16,149 bases of DNA, taken from the IMG/VR virus record IMGVR_UViG_2541047852_000003. One strand, 5' to 3'. This document shows positions 7,389-15,990 of this stretch, in pieces; the stretch's first letter is position 1; each line of letters begins with the position of its first letter. Made by a program: the position numbers and the translations under genes. Origin of the DNA: a virus. Taxonomy: Duplodnaviria; Heunggongvirae; Uroviricota; Caudoviricetes. The notes beneath the pieces are model-generated. The model had not been told where the DNA came from. It saw only the letters and a list, made by a program, of their open reading frames with translations, and made no database searches.

Positions 7389-8336
7389 ATGAGCAATACA
7401 GCAAAAATCTACGATTTCAGCGCCGCACACGAGCGCAGGAGCAACAGGATGGAGAACCAGAAAACTGGTTACATTCCGTTGTACCGGAGCATTCTGAAAC
7501 AGTCATGGGCGAAAGATGTTTATCTTCGCACCCTGTGGGAAAACCTTCTCCTGAATGCCGCCAGAAAGCCATACAAAGCGAATTTCAAAGGTCATGAATG
7601 GCATCTGCAACCCGGTCAACTGGTTGTGACAGCAGCTGATTTAGGTCTTCAGTTATGCGACAGACATGGCAAGCCAGCAAGCCGTGATCAGGTTGAGCGG
7701 ATGCTTCAGGTTTTTGTGAAAGAGGGGATGATCTCCATTGATGGAGAGAAGCAAAAAGGCCGTGTGATAACCATCACAAATTACCATGAATATGCTCAAA
7801 AAATGGACAATTTACCCGCACATGAAGCCGCACAAACAACCGCACATGATGCCGCACATGATGAAGCCAGCAATAGCGCGGCTTTCAGCGTACATGCCGC
7901 ACATGAAAGCGCACATGAAGCCGCACAAACAACCGCACATCATGAACAAGAAGGTATTAACAAGAATATAAATAATACCCCCCTACCCCCCAATGGGGGA
8001 GGCGATGGGCAGGTTAAACCTGAACGTCGCAAGGCAGAACGAATCGACTACGAATCCTTCCTGAACGCCTACAACACCGAAGTCGGTGACAGACTGCCAC
8101 ACGCTGTTGCGGTCAACGAGAAACGAAAACGCCGCCTGAAGAAAATCATCCCGCAACTGAAAACGCCAAACGTGGACGGTTTCAGAGCGTATGTCAGGGC
8201 GTTTGTGCATCAGGCCAAGCCGTTTTACTTCGGAGACAACGACACGGGCTGGACGGCTGATTTTGATTACCTGCTGAGAGAAGACTCGTTAACGGGAGTT
8301 CGGGAAGGGAAGTTTGCAGACAGGGGGATTGCATGA
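7389..8336 (+). CDS. Replication initiator, lambda O / P22 gp18-like, with internal origin
   Basis: 315 aa; N-terminus [10 protein letters not shown] resembles lambda O (MTNTAKILNF); iterons and AT-rich tract lie inside the gene; followed by helicase gene with ATGA overlap. Confidence 0.7.
   Translation: MSNTAKIYDFSAAHERRSNRMENQKTGYIPLYRSILKQSWAKDVYLRTLWENLLLNAARKPYKANFKGHEWHLQPGQLVVTAADLGLQLCDRHGKPASRDQVERMLQVFVKEGMISIDGEKQKGRVITITNYHEYAQKMDNLPAHEAAQTTAHDAAHDEASNSAAFSVHAAHESAHEAAQTTAHHEQEGINKNINNTPLPPNGGGDGQVKPERRKAERIDYESFLNAYNTEVGDRLPHAVAVNEKRKRRLKKIIPQLKTPNVDGFRAYVRAFVHQAKPFYFGDNDTGWTADFDYLLREDSLTGVREGKFADRGIA
7815..7979. repeat. Origin of replication: about six direct iterons of the form CCGCACATGA(A/T)G plus two CCGCACAAACAACCG copies, followed by a 30-bp AT-rich tract (7950-7979)
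   Basis: Repeats read directly at 7817-7945; AT-rich AAGGTATTAACAAGAATATAAATAATA follows; classic lambdoid ori architecture within the initiator gene. Confidence 0.7.
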
Positions 8337-9709
8337 GACAGGATATCGAAGCGAGCGTTATCGGTGGCCTGCTGATTGGTGGATTAACTCCAACCGCCAG
8401 TGACGTTCTTGCAACGCTGGAGCCGGAAGCGTTTTCAATTCCGCTCTACCGGAAAGCCTTCGAGGTTATCCGGAAGCAGGCGAGAAACAGAAACCTAATC
8501 GACGCGCTGATGGTTGCCGAGGCGTGCGGAGAGGAGCATTTCACGTCAATCCTGATGACCAGCAAAAACTGCCCGAGCGCCGCAAACCTGAAGGGATATG
8601 CCGGAATGGTCGCGGATAACTATCACCGCCGTCTGGTGCTGGAAATCATGGATGAAATGCGTGAACCAATCCAAAGCGGAACCATCGACGCATCGAGTCA
8701 GGCGATGGATGAACTTGTAAAACGTCTCTCAGCCATCAGAAAGCCCCGTGACGAGGTTAAACCTGTACGGTTAGGGGAAATCATCACCGACTACACTGAC
8801 ACGCTTGACAGGCGTCTGAGGAACGGAGAAGAGTCCGATACCCTGAAGACCGGAATCGAAGAACTTGATGCCATCACCGGAGGGATGAACGCGGAAGACC
8901 TGGTGATAATCGCTGCTCGTCCTGGTATGGGGAAAACCGAACTGGCGCTGAAGATTGCCGAAGGCGTTGCAAGCCGCGTTATTCCTGGTTCTGACGTCCG
9001 GCGCGGGGTATTGATTTTCTCAATGGAAATGAGCGCATTGCAGATTGCAGAGCGAAGCATTGCCAACGCCGGGAGGATGTCGGTTAGCGTACTGCGAAAT
9101 CCTGCATCGATGGATGACGAGGGCTGGGCACGTGTTGCTAACGGCATGAGTCAGCTTGCAGATTTGGATGTATGGGTAGTCGATGCCTCGCGATTATCGG
9201 TCGAAGAAATACGCTCAATCGCAGAACGGCACAAACAGGAAAATCCAAACCTCTCACTCATCATGGCGGATTATCTTGGCCTGATTGAGAAGCCGAAAGC
9301 AGACCGCAACGACCTCGCAATTGCTCACATCTCCGGAAGCCTGAAGGCGATGGCGAAAGACCTGAAAACACCGGTTATTTCCCTGAGTCAGCTTTCACGC
9401 GATGTTGAGAAGCGACCAAACAAACGCCCGACAAACGCAGATTTGCGTGATTCAGGAAGCATTGAACAGGACGCAGACTCAATCATCATGCTCTATCGGG
9501 AAGCGGTATATGACGAGAACAGTAGCGCCGCGCCATTTGCTGAAATCATCGTGACGAAAAACCGTTTTGGCTCACTTGGTACGGTTTACCAGCGGTTCTG
9601 CAACGGACACTTTGTTGCATGTGACCAGGATGAAGCCAGACAGATTTGCACAGCATCAAATGCACCTGCTGCGCGTGGCAGACGATATGCACAAGGGGCT
9701 GACGTATGA
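8333..9709 (+). CDS. Replicative DNA helicase, DnaB family (P22 gp12-like)
   Basis: 458 aa; Walker [16 protein letters not shown], Walker B-like [21 protein letters not shown] arginine-finger region. Confidence 0.85.
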   Translation: MRQDIEASVIGGLLIGGLTPTASDVLATLEPEAFSIPLYRKAFEVIRKQARNRNLIDALMVAEACGEEHFTSILMTSKNCPSAANLKGYAGMVADNYHRRLVLEIMDEMREPIQSGTIDASSQAMDELVKRLSAIRKPRDEVKPVRLGEIITDYTDTLDRRLRNGEESDTLKTGIEELDAITGGMNAEDLVIIAARPGMGKTELALKIAEGVASRVIPGSDVRRGVLIFSMEMSALQIAERSIANAGRMSVSVLRNPASMDDEGWARVANGMSQLADLDVWVVDASRLSVEEIRSIAERHKQENPNLSLIMADYLGLIEKPKADRNDLAIAHISGSLKAMAKDLKTPVISLSQLSRDVEKRPNKRPTNADLRDSGSIEQDADSIIMLYREAVYDENSSAAPFAEIIVTKNRFGSLGTVYQRFCNGHFVACDQDEARQICTASNAPAARGRRYAQGADV

Positions 9710-9789
9710 CCATCTACATCACTGAGCTTGTAACAGGCCTGCTGGTAATCGCAGGCCTTTTTATTTGGGGGAGGGTAAATCGTGGTTGA
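9706..9789 (+). CDS. Possible 27-aa hydrophobic peptide ([27 protein letters not shown])
   Basis: ATG overlaps helicase stop (ATGA); single hydrophobic helix; too short to call firmly. Confidence 0.2.
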   Translation: MTIYITELVTGLLVIAGLFIWGRVNRG

Positions 9790-9988
9790 GTTGATTTTTT
9801 CTGCATTGAGGATTCTCGGTGCTATGTGGATGGTGGCGACGTTCATTGTGGTTGCCAGCAGTTTTGTCCGGTTGGTAGGCGAAGGTAAAGACCTGGTTGG
9901 TGTGCTTTTCGGTAGCATTTTTCTGTGGGTGATTATCGGTGTTATGCCTGTTGTCGTAGCAAAAGTGGCGTGGCGTTTTGTGAGTTAA
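9782..9988 (+). CDS. Small membrane protein (68 aa, two predicted TM helices)
   Basis: GTG start preceded by GGGGAGGG SD; strongly hydrophobic sequence. Confidence 0.45.
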   Translation: MVELIFSALRILGAMWMVATFIVVASSFVRLVGEGKDLVGVLFGSIFLWVIIGVMPVVVAKVAWRFVS

Positions 9989-10000
9989 TCGGAGGTTAAT

Positions 10001-10183
10001 GTGAGCAAGTGCCAAAAGTGCAATAACACAGGAATGTGTGATAGCGGAGGTTCTACTCCTTGGGGAGAGCCGATTTTTATTGAATGTGACTGCCTTATGA
10101 AAGATGACGAAAGCAGATGCCAGTTTGAAGAGAGTTGGTTACGACGTGGGGGGCGAATCTTCAGACCTTATCCGTTACCCTGA
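10001..10183 (+). CDS. Cysteine-rich small protein (CxxC...CxC, zinc-ribbon-like); probably 5' part of a frameshifted gene
   Basis: GTG start with GGAGG SD; MSKCQKCNNTGMCDSGG...ECDC motif; frame changes at the G6 tract 10148-10153. Confidence 0.4.
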   Translation: MSKCQKCNNTGMCDSGGSTPWGEPIFIECDCLMKDDESRCQFEESWLRRGGRIFRPYPLP

Positions 10184-10418
10184 AAATCACCATGAAATTG
10201 GCAGTGGTGATATTGGTGGTCAATACGTGATGGACGATGTTCAAGGCCACTGGCAAACGTGGCAGGCATCGAGAGCAGCTATTGAAATTGAGCTGCAAAA
10301 GCCAAAGAAAGGCCCACTTCCCGGTGATTATCACATTGGCTATGACTCAGGTGCAGAATCGCAATACGAAAGCGATGTAGAGGCTATCCGCGCCGCTGGA
10401 ATCAAAGTGAAGGAGTGA
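10104..10418 (+). CDS. Hypothetical protein; probably 3' part of the same gene as 10001-10183 (frames meet at G6 tract)
   Basis: Overlaps previous ORF by 80 nt in another frame; no convincing independent start before internal ATG 10230. Confidence 0.3.
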   Translation: MTKADASLKRVGYDVGGESSDLIRYPENHHEIGSGDIGGQYVMDDVQGHWQTWQASRAAIEIELQKPKKGPLPGDYHIGYDSGAESQYESDVEAIRAAGIKVKE

Positions 10419-10606
10419 GCATGAGTCGACGAAGTAGCTTTTTGGGGTTTGTAATATTCCTGTCCTGCACTGGTTACATCGTAATCTGGTCAATTTCGAA
10501 CATTGACCGTGGCGGGAAATATCTCATTGTAATGTTCTTTCCTTTGTTTCTTGGGTGGTACGCCGCAAGGTTGCTGGAAGAATGGGGTTACAGGCATAAA
10601 AAATAA
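10415..10606 (+). CDS. Small membrane protein (63 aa)
   Basis: ATG overlaps upstream stop (ATGA); two hydrophobic segments; ends 7 bp before IS629. Confidence 0.45.
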   Translation: MSMSRRSSFLGFVIFLSCTGYIVIWSISNIDRGGKYLIVMFFPLFLGWYAARLLEEWGYRHKK

Positions 10607-10667
10607 AGGAGTATGAACCGCCCCGGGAATCCTGGAGACTAAACTCCCTGAGAAAGAGGTAAACAGG

Positions 10668-10994
10668 ATGACTAAAAATACTCGTTTTTCCCCCGAAGTC
10701 CGTCAGAGGGCGATTCGTATGGTTCTGGAAAGTCAGGGCGAATATGACTCACAGTGGGCGGCAATTTGTTCCATTGCCCCAAAGATTGGCTGTACACCGG
10801 AGACTCTGCGTGTCTGGGTACGCCAGCATGAGCGGGATACCGGAGGCGGTGATGGCGGGCTCACCACCGCTGAACGTCAGCGTCTGAAAGAGCTGGAACG
10901 TGAAAATCGTGAACTGCGCCGCAGTAACGATATCCTTCGCCAGGCTTCCGCTTATTTTGCGAAGGCGGAGTTCGACCGCCTCTGGAAAAAATGA
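10668..10994 (+). CDS. IS629 transposase OrfA (HTH/leucine-zipper part)
   Basis: 108 aa [21 protein letters not shown]...; A6 run at 10986-10991 is the likely -1 slippery site for OrfAB fusion. Confidence 0.85.
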   Translation: MTKNTRFSPEVRQRAIRMVLESQGEYDSQWAAICSIAPKIGCTPETLRVWVRQHERDTGGGDGGLTTAERQRLKELERENRELRRSNDILRQASAYFAKAEFDRLWKK

Positions 10995-11881
10995 TGCCAC
11001 TGCTGGATAAGCTGCGTGAGCAGTACGGGGTCGGACCGCTATGCAGCGAACTGCATATTGCCCCGTCAACGTATTACCACTGTCAGCAACAGCGACATCA
11101 TCCGGATAAACGCAGTGCCCGTGCGCAGCGCGATGACTGGCTGAAGAAAGAGATACAGCGCGTATACGATGAAAATCACAAGGTATACGGTGTGCGTAAA
11201 GTCTGGCGTCAGTTGTTACGGGAAGGTATCAGAGTGGCCAGATGCACTGTGGCACGTCTCATGGCGGTTATGGGACTTGCCGGTGTTCTCCGTGGTAAAA
11301 AGGTCCGTACGACCATCAGCCGGAAAGCCGTTGTCGCAGGCGACCGCGTAAACCGTCAGTTCGTGGCAGAACGTCCTGACCAGTTGTGGGTGGCTGATTC
11401 TACTTACGTCAGCACATGGCAGGGGGTCGTCTATGTGGCGTTCATCATTGATGTGTTTGCCGGATACATCGTGGGGTGGCGGGTCTCATCGTCTATGGAA
11501 ACGACATTTGTGCTGGATGCTCTGGAGCAGGCGTTATGGGCCCGTCGACCGTCCGGCACAGTCCATCACAGTGATAAAGGTTCTCAGTATGTATCGCTGG
11601 CCTACACACAGCGGCTTAAGGAAGCCGGATTACTGGCATCAACAGGAAGTACAGGCGACTCGTATGACAACGCGATGGCGGAGAGCATCAATGGCCTTTA
11701 CAAAGCGGAGGTAATACACCGTAAGAGCTGGAAAAACCGTGCAGAAGTGGAACTGGCCACACTCACGTGGGTGGACTGGTATAACAATCGACGATTGCTG
11801 GAAAGGCTGGGCCATACTCCTCCGGCAGAAGCAGAAAAAGCTTATTATGCTTCCATCGGAAACGATGATCTGGCAGCCTGA
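10991..11881 (+). CDS. IS629 transposase OrfB (DDE catalytic domain)
   Basis: 296 aa with rve-type DDE region (WVADSTYV...HHSDKGSQY...[15 protein letters not shown]). Confidence 0.85.
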   Translation: MMPLLDKLREQYGVGPLCSELHIAPSTYYHCQQQRHHPDKRSARAQRDDWLKKEIQRVYDENHKVYGVRKVWRQLLREGIRVARCTVARLMAVMGLAGVLRGKKVRTTISRKAVVAGDRVNRQFVAERPDQLWVADSTYVSTWQGVVYVAFIIDVFAGYIVGWRVSSSMETTFVLDALEQALWARRPSGTVHHSDKGSQYVSLAYTQRLKEAGLLASTGSTGDSYDNAMAESINGLYKAEVIHRKSWKNRAEVELATLTWVDWYNNRRLLERLGHTPPAEAEKAYYASIGNDDLAA

Positions 11882-12050
11882 GTTCACAGATAAAACACTC
11901 TCCAGGAAACCCGGGGCGGTTCAGACCTGCACTCTTCCTTTGCCCTGCTACCGATAGCATCCTTTAACGACTGCGGCATCCTTACCAAAATCTTACTTAT
12001 TTCTTTCTCCATGTTACCCTCCACGCAAACAACTCTTTTCGAATACAAAA

Positions 12051-12104
12051 GATAGCAAAGTGAGTATATCTAGTCAAAATTTTTTTGCATACACTTTGCT
12101 ATCA
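12051..12104. promoter_or_regulatory. 12-bp inverted repeat GATAGCAAAGTG / CACTTTGCTATC flanking a 30-bp AT-rich spacer upstream of the RHH gene; candidate operator/promoter
   Basis: Arms at 12051-12062 and 12093-12104 are exact reverse complements; spacer holds TATATC and TTGCAT hexamers. Confidence 0.4.
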
Positions 12105-12126
12105 AATTGAATACCAAAGGTGTTAT

Positions 12127-12375
12127 ATGGCAAAGGGTGTGTCAATTTCTCCAACTACGGTAAGAATCCCTGAATCTTTACGCGAGGCTCTTGCTGTCAG
12201 AGCATCAAAAAATGGTCGCTCTGTTAACTCCGAGATCGTCATGATTTTGCAAGCCGCGATTGATGAAGATAGGTCGCCAAAGTCAGTTGAGTCATTTGCT
12301 CAGCAAGAAGCTGATAAATTCAAAGAGGCGCTACTTGAGACGCTAAAGACCATGTATGCTAAGGATGAAAAATAA
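12127..12375 (+). CDS. Arc/MetJ-type ribbon-helix-helix DNA-binding protein
   Basis: 82 aa from ATG 12127 (AAGGTG SD); RIPESLREALAVRASKNGRSVNSEIVMILQAAI matches the Arc-family RHH pattern. Confidence 0.6.
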   Translation: MAKGVSISPTTVRIPESLREALAVRASKNGRSVNSEIVMILQAAIDEDRSPKSVESFAQQEADKFKEALLETLKTMYAKDEK

Positions 12376-12911
12376 TGCTGCACACAATTCATTTCTTATG
12401 CCCTGTTAACACTGCCACTGTTGGGCAACTTCAGAACCACTGTCTCACCGCATTATCTCAAGGCGCAACTGAATTAAATATCCATATATCAAGTCAGGGA
12501 GGGGAAACTGCTGCTGGCTTTACTGCGTATAACTTTCTTAAGTCACTCCCTGTTACCGTTAGAACTCACAACATAAGCAATGTTGAATCCATAGCTAATA
12601 TCGTTTTCCTGGCTGGCTCAGAACGTTTCGCAAACCCATTATCAAGATTCCTGTTACATCCTCTATTATGGTGCTTTGCCTCCCCAGCCGCCGACCATGC
12701 CAGATTGAGAGAGTACGGGAAATGCCTCGATAACGATCTTGATCGCTTCGTTGAGACGTTCAATATCGACATCGGAACCCATATTAGGTGGGCATCCCTG
12801 ATAGCAGACTCGACCATTTTGGATGCTAACAAGGCTCTTGAGCATGGCATAATTAATTCCATAAAAACTGCAAGGCTGGCATCCAATCAGGCAAACTGGT
12901 GGGTTGTTTGA
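12375..12911 (+). CDS. Minimal ClpP-fold (S14-like) serine peptidase
   Basis: 178 aa; by-eye alignment to E. coli ClpP core: NIHISSQGGETAAGF vs YLYINSPGGVITAGM; Ser in ESIANIVFLAG aligns with catalytic Ser of GQAASMGAFLLTAG; His in RFLLHPL aligns with RVMIHQPL; start overlaps RHH stop (TAATG). Confidence 0.6.
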   Translation: MLHTIHFLCPVNTATVGQLQNHCLTALSQGATELNIHISSQGGETAAGFTAYNFLKSLPVTVRTHNISNVESIANIVFLAGSERFANPLSRFLLHPLLWCFASPAADHARLREYGKCLDNDLDRFVETFNIDIGTHIRWASLIADSTILDANKALEHGIINSIKTARLASNQANWWVV

Positions 12912-12936
12912 TGGGTAAATCATGATTACTCCTTAT

Positions 12937-12961
12937 AAAAAACCCACCTGACGGTGGGTTT
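12937..12961. terminator. Bidirectional intrinsic terminator between convergent operons (CCCACC-TGAC-GGTGGG with A6 upstream and T-rich downstream)
   Basis: Hairpin 12943-12958; U6 on minus transcript, UUU on plus transcript. Confidence 0.55.
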
Positions 12962-13409
12962 AGTCAAACATAGTGTTTCTAAAGTCTCTCGCATACCCTG
13001 CTAACACTCTCATTCTATTATGATTGTTAGCAGACATGTGAGCTACAGGATGAAAAAGAGCAATCAATGAATACCTGTTCTCATCAAAAAGATTTTGTGC
13101 ATAAACGAGAGCGGTATTGGATGTTTTATGCCACTGCAACTTTTGCGGTGTGCTGATATCTGTGCCATTTTTTATTGGCTCAAATTTATTTTCACCAATT
13201 GCTAAATGAAGGTGCATAAGGCCTGCATCTTCAATATCAGGAGGTCGATGATAAGAGGTGTCTCTGCCAAAATAGCTGGGCAACGTTCCCGTAGACTTGT
13301 AGATGATAAAATCATCTACAAGTGTTTGTTTTAAATCAGGAAACTCAACAAAAACCGGGGAGAAAAAATAGTCAAAACTATCCTGATTATATTCCACGGT
13401 TACTTGCAT
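12960..13409 (-). CDS. Putative YafO-like toxin (ribosome-dependent mRNA interferase family), tentative
   Basis: 149 aa; motifs FIIYKSTGTLPSYFGRDTSY, MHLHL, TALVYAQNLFDE, LIALFHP recalled as YafO-family features; assignment from memory only. Confidence 0.4.
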   Translation of the reverse strand: MQVTVEYNQDSFDYFFSPVFVEFPDLKQTLVDDFIIYKSTGTLPSYFGRDTSYHRPPDIEDAGLMHLHLAIGENKFEPIKNGTDISTPQKLQWHKTSNTALVYAQNLFDENRYSLIALFHPVAHMSANNHNRMRVLAGYARDFRNTMFD

Positions 13410-13417
13410 GTTTTACC

Positions 13418-13984
13418 TCAGTGGAAGTTACCAGAGTGAAACACACGAGTCCCGTGCTCAGCAAGCGCACGCAAACCAGCCATATCTACGGAACTATCAA
13501 AAACAACCGGAACACATGAGCGTTGTTTAATAAGACTATTCAGGTTGGTTACGGCAGATCTGGCATCAGCAACAACGATATAGATATCTCTTGCGATCTC
13601 TTTAAAATCAGCAGAAGCTTCTTTGAATACCGATTTCATTGCCCCTTCAAGTCCTCTCAATTGATGCTCTATCAATCGAGACTTTTCTGGTTCAATGATA
13701 GACAACACATTGTCTACATTCTCATCGGTAGCGTTTGCAAGAACACGATAAGCGTATTTCAGCATTCGAGACAATTCTTTAATCGAAGACACCGCCTCAT
13801 GAAGCTCATCATTAGCCCGTTCACTGCTGAATGAGGATTGATGGTAAGCGTGCTGAACGTTATCAGTAACAACCACCTCACAACTGAACGCAGAAGCTTG
13901 CTGTAATAGCAAACCTATTGCGACTCCAGCTTTGGCAGCGTTCAAGCTAAACATTTCATCAATCCCATTAGTCTCATTGCTCAT
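13418..13984 (-). CDS. Hypothetical protein (188 aa) upstream of and co-transcribed with the YafO-like gene; possible atypical antitoxin/partner
   Basis: Start at ATG 13982-13984 with AAGGAGG SD (internal to the track ORF); stop 8 nt before the downstream start; no recognisable domain. Confidence 0.5.
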   Translation of the reverse strand: MSNETNGIDEMFSLNAAKAGVAIGLLLQQASAFSCEVVVTDNVQHAYHQSSFSSERANDELHEAVSSIKELSRMLKYAYRVLANATDENVDNVLSIIEPEKSRLIEHQLRGLEGAMKSVFKEASADFKEIARDIYIVVADARSAVTNLNSLIKQRSCVPVVFDSSVDMAGLRALAEHGTRVFHSGNFH

Positions 13985-14159
13985 ACAAACCTCCTTCTTA
14001 TCGGAGATTATCAATAGCTATGCATCCATTGAATACACGCTATGCGCAATAAGTTTACGTCACGTGATATCATTATGCAACCACCGTTCTATCACCGACT
14101 AACTTTACTCCCACTCCTATACATCATCTGGTATCCTGCGCAAAACTAAGGAGGTTGGT

Positions 14160-14510
14160 GTGAATGCTCAGTCTGTCATCATGGTTTTCCTTGGGCTGAT
14201 TGTCGCAAAACTATATCCAGACTGGTGGAAAGGGGCATTAGCTACTGTCGCCATCTATTTGCTTTTATCCATCGTTAAGCGATCACTCGCTGAGACCGTA
14301 AATCAAGCAAAACGTTTCTCATTTAAGAGTTTAATAAACTATGTTACTGGGCTTATTTTTTGCCTTTCAATTCTGATCGCTTCGGCTTTTTTGCCCGTAT
14401 CAATAGCTAATTTTTTTGGCGCACCATATGAGGTAGGTTATCTATTCTCTGTTTCCTGTCTTGCCATTGCTCTTCTTTACCTGTGGACGAGATCAAAGAA
14501 TAAAAATTAG
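14160..14510 (+). CDS. Integral membrane protein (116 aa, 3-4 predicted TM helices)
   Basis: GTG start 5 nt after AAGGAGG; hydrophobic segments VIMVFLGLIVAKL, ATVAIYLLLSIV, GLIFCLSILIASAFLPV, YLFSVSCLAIALLYLW. Confidence 0.5.
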   Translation: MNAQSVIMVFLGLIVAKLYPDWWKGALATVAIYLLLSIVKRSLAETVNQAKRFSFKSLINYVTGLIFCLSILIASAFLPVSIANFFGAPYEVGYLFSVSCLAIALLYLWTRSKNKN

Positions 14511-14527
14511 CCATCCGTGGCTGCCAG

Positions 14528-15990
14528 TTATTGAGCTTCTTTTTGTGATGCCTGTGCGACTCTGGTGAGCGATTGTGTGACCGTACTGATCGCTCTGTCA
14601 TATGCTGTGCTACCTTTTGGCGTATTTGCCAGACGTAACAAGGCATTTCGTATAACAGGGCTTTCGTATGCCTTCGCAGCTCCTCCTACGACACCAGCAG
14701 CAGGAACAACAAACGCAGCCGTTTTTAGCATCCCCGCTAATACTGCTGCGTTTATGATGCCACCACCAACTAACAATCCATAAAGCTGCTGACCATTTAA
14801 GTTTTGAACGTTCGCTTTTGCCGCGTGTCTTGTATCGTTGAGGTATTTAATAACGCCGTCCAGTTCCTTTCCATGTACGCCTTTAAAGAAAGTTGCTGAT
14901 TGCTTCCTGTTCCGGTGTAACGCATTAATAAACTTTTCAACACTAATATTTCCAGACGGATCAGTCGCCTTATCTACAGCATTCTGAACTATGGCTGCTC
15001 GTGCGTTTTGCCTACCATTGTCATCCAGAAGCCTGTAAAGCTGAGAACGTTCTGATGGGTTTTGGCTAAAAACGAGTTTTGTTACATCCTCAGGTGTAGC
15101 CTTGCCGCTGGCTATTGCCTTTTGAACGCGCGTTCTTCCCATCATGTCATTGAATCTAGCCCATGAGCGATCAACCCTAGACATATTGGCAGCTTCTTCT
15201 GAGCCTAGTTTTTGGGATACTGCTTTTTTCATATCCGCTGTATATGCCTTGTAGACAATATCGCTGGCTTTCTGGAGCGTGTCTTTATCAACAGTCTCGT
15301 TTGAATTCATGAACCGCTTTCGAAGGTCAGTTCTGTTTTCTCTCGCCAGACGCAGGTCATTGGGTCCGCTGGTGATATCGTCTTTAAATTGCTGCAAGAC
15401 TTTTACCGCGGCTCTATCCTGAGATTTGCCCGGGCGGCTTAACACGGCAATCTGATTGTCGATAGCTTTTACCGTGTTTGAGAGATCGACAGGGGTATCC
15501 CCCATAGCGTCAATTATGCGGTTATATCGCTTTCCTGCTGCCTCAATGAATTTTTGTTGCCCTTTAGTCGCAGATTCATAAAGCTGTTTATCAGAAATGC
15601 CACCCAGACCATCGCTAAATGTTCTGACTAAATTTTCTCGTGCTTGTTGTTGATTCAGCCGATTCTTACCGGTTCCAAAAAAAGGAACTCTTTCGCCTAA
15701 TGTCTGAGCCTGACTCTGCATAAAGGTTTTATCTTTCAGCGTGTCACTGGTCATTAACGGCAGGTTTCTTTCCGACGCAAAATCGACAGCAGCCTTTGCT
15801 TCCGGTGACATCTCACCGCGAACAGCCCTGGAAACCGCACTAACTGTATTTTCCAGCCCCTTGCCAACACCACCAATGCCAGCAGAAATTACCGTTTGTG
15901 CAGGATCAATATCTTCTCCGCCAGCAAGGCTGGTGCCACCCTGTAGTGCTAAATCTGTAGCAGCTGATTTCCCTATGGCACCAAGCACCG
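14528..15990 (-). pseudogene. 5'-truncated gene remnant (at least 486 codons) interrupted by IS629; helical protein with C-terminal Gly/Ala-rich hydrophobic segment
   Basis: Reading frame stays open from 15988 through the IS629 terminal repeat to a stop at 16046-16048; no credible start or SD at the junction. Confidence 0.5.

Larger units (their letters stand above)
10614..11923 (+). mobile_element. IS629 (IS3 family), complete 1310-bp copy
   Basis: Terminal inverted repeats TGAACCGCCCCGGGAATCCTGGAGAC (left) and GTCTCC...GGAAACCCGGGGCGGTTCA (right); orfA/orfB in -1 frame arrangement; flanks GTA / GAC do not form a 3-bp target duplication. Confidence 0.85.

Noticed and set aside
7786-7971. 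61-aa ORF MNMLKKW...[10 protein letters not shown]
   Set aside because: Alternate-frame translation of the ori iterons inside the O-like gene.
8791-9147. 118-aa minus-strand ORF inside the helicase gene
   Set aside because: Antisense to a strongly supported DnaB-family gene.
9586-10015. Minus-strand ORFs 9586-9918 and 9761-10015
   Set aside because: Antisense to the helicase 3' end and the small membrane ORF; no SD.
10611-11926. Target-site duplication for IS629 copy 1
   Set aside because: The 3-bp flanks GTA and GAC (4-bp AGTA and GACC) do not match; noted as evidence for rearrangement.
10749-11960. Alternate-frame and antisense ORFs inside IS629
   Set aside because: IS629 encodes only OrfA and OrfB on the plus strand; the others are frame artefacts.
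12085-12126. Upstream in-frame ATG of the RHH gene (MHTLCYQIEYQRCY)
   Set aside because: It lies within the operator inverted repeat and has no SD; ATG 12127 has AAGGTG.
12566-12923. Minus-strand ORFs antisense to the ClpP-fold gene
   Set aside because: No SD; the plus-strand gene has conserved catalytic motifs.
13523-13834. 103-aa plus-strand ORF antisense to the 188-aa gene
   Set aside because: No SD; overlaps an SD-supported gene.
14407-14783. ORFs 14407-14646 (minus) and 14565-14783 (plus)
   Set aside because: Overlap the membrane-protein gene and the large truncated ORF out of frame.
15860-15990. Possible Walker A motif (GIGGVGKG) in the truncated ORF
   Set aside because: Lys is followed by Gly, not Ser/Thr, and no Walker B is evident; more likely a glycine-rich segment.
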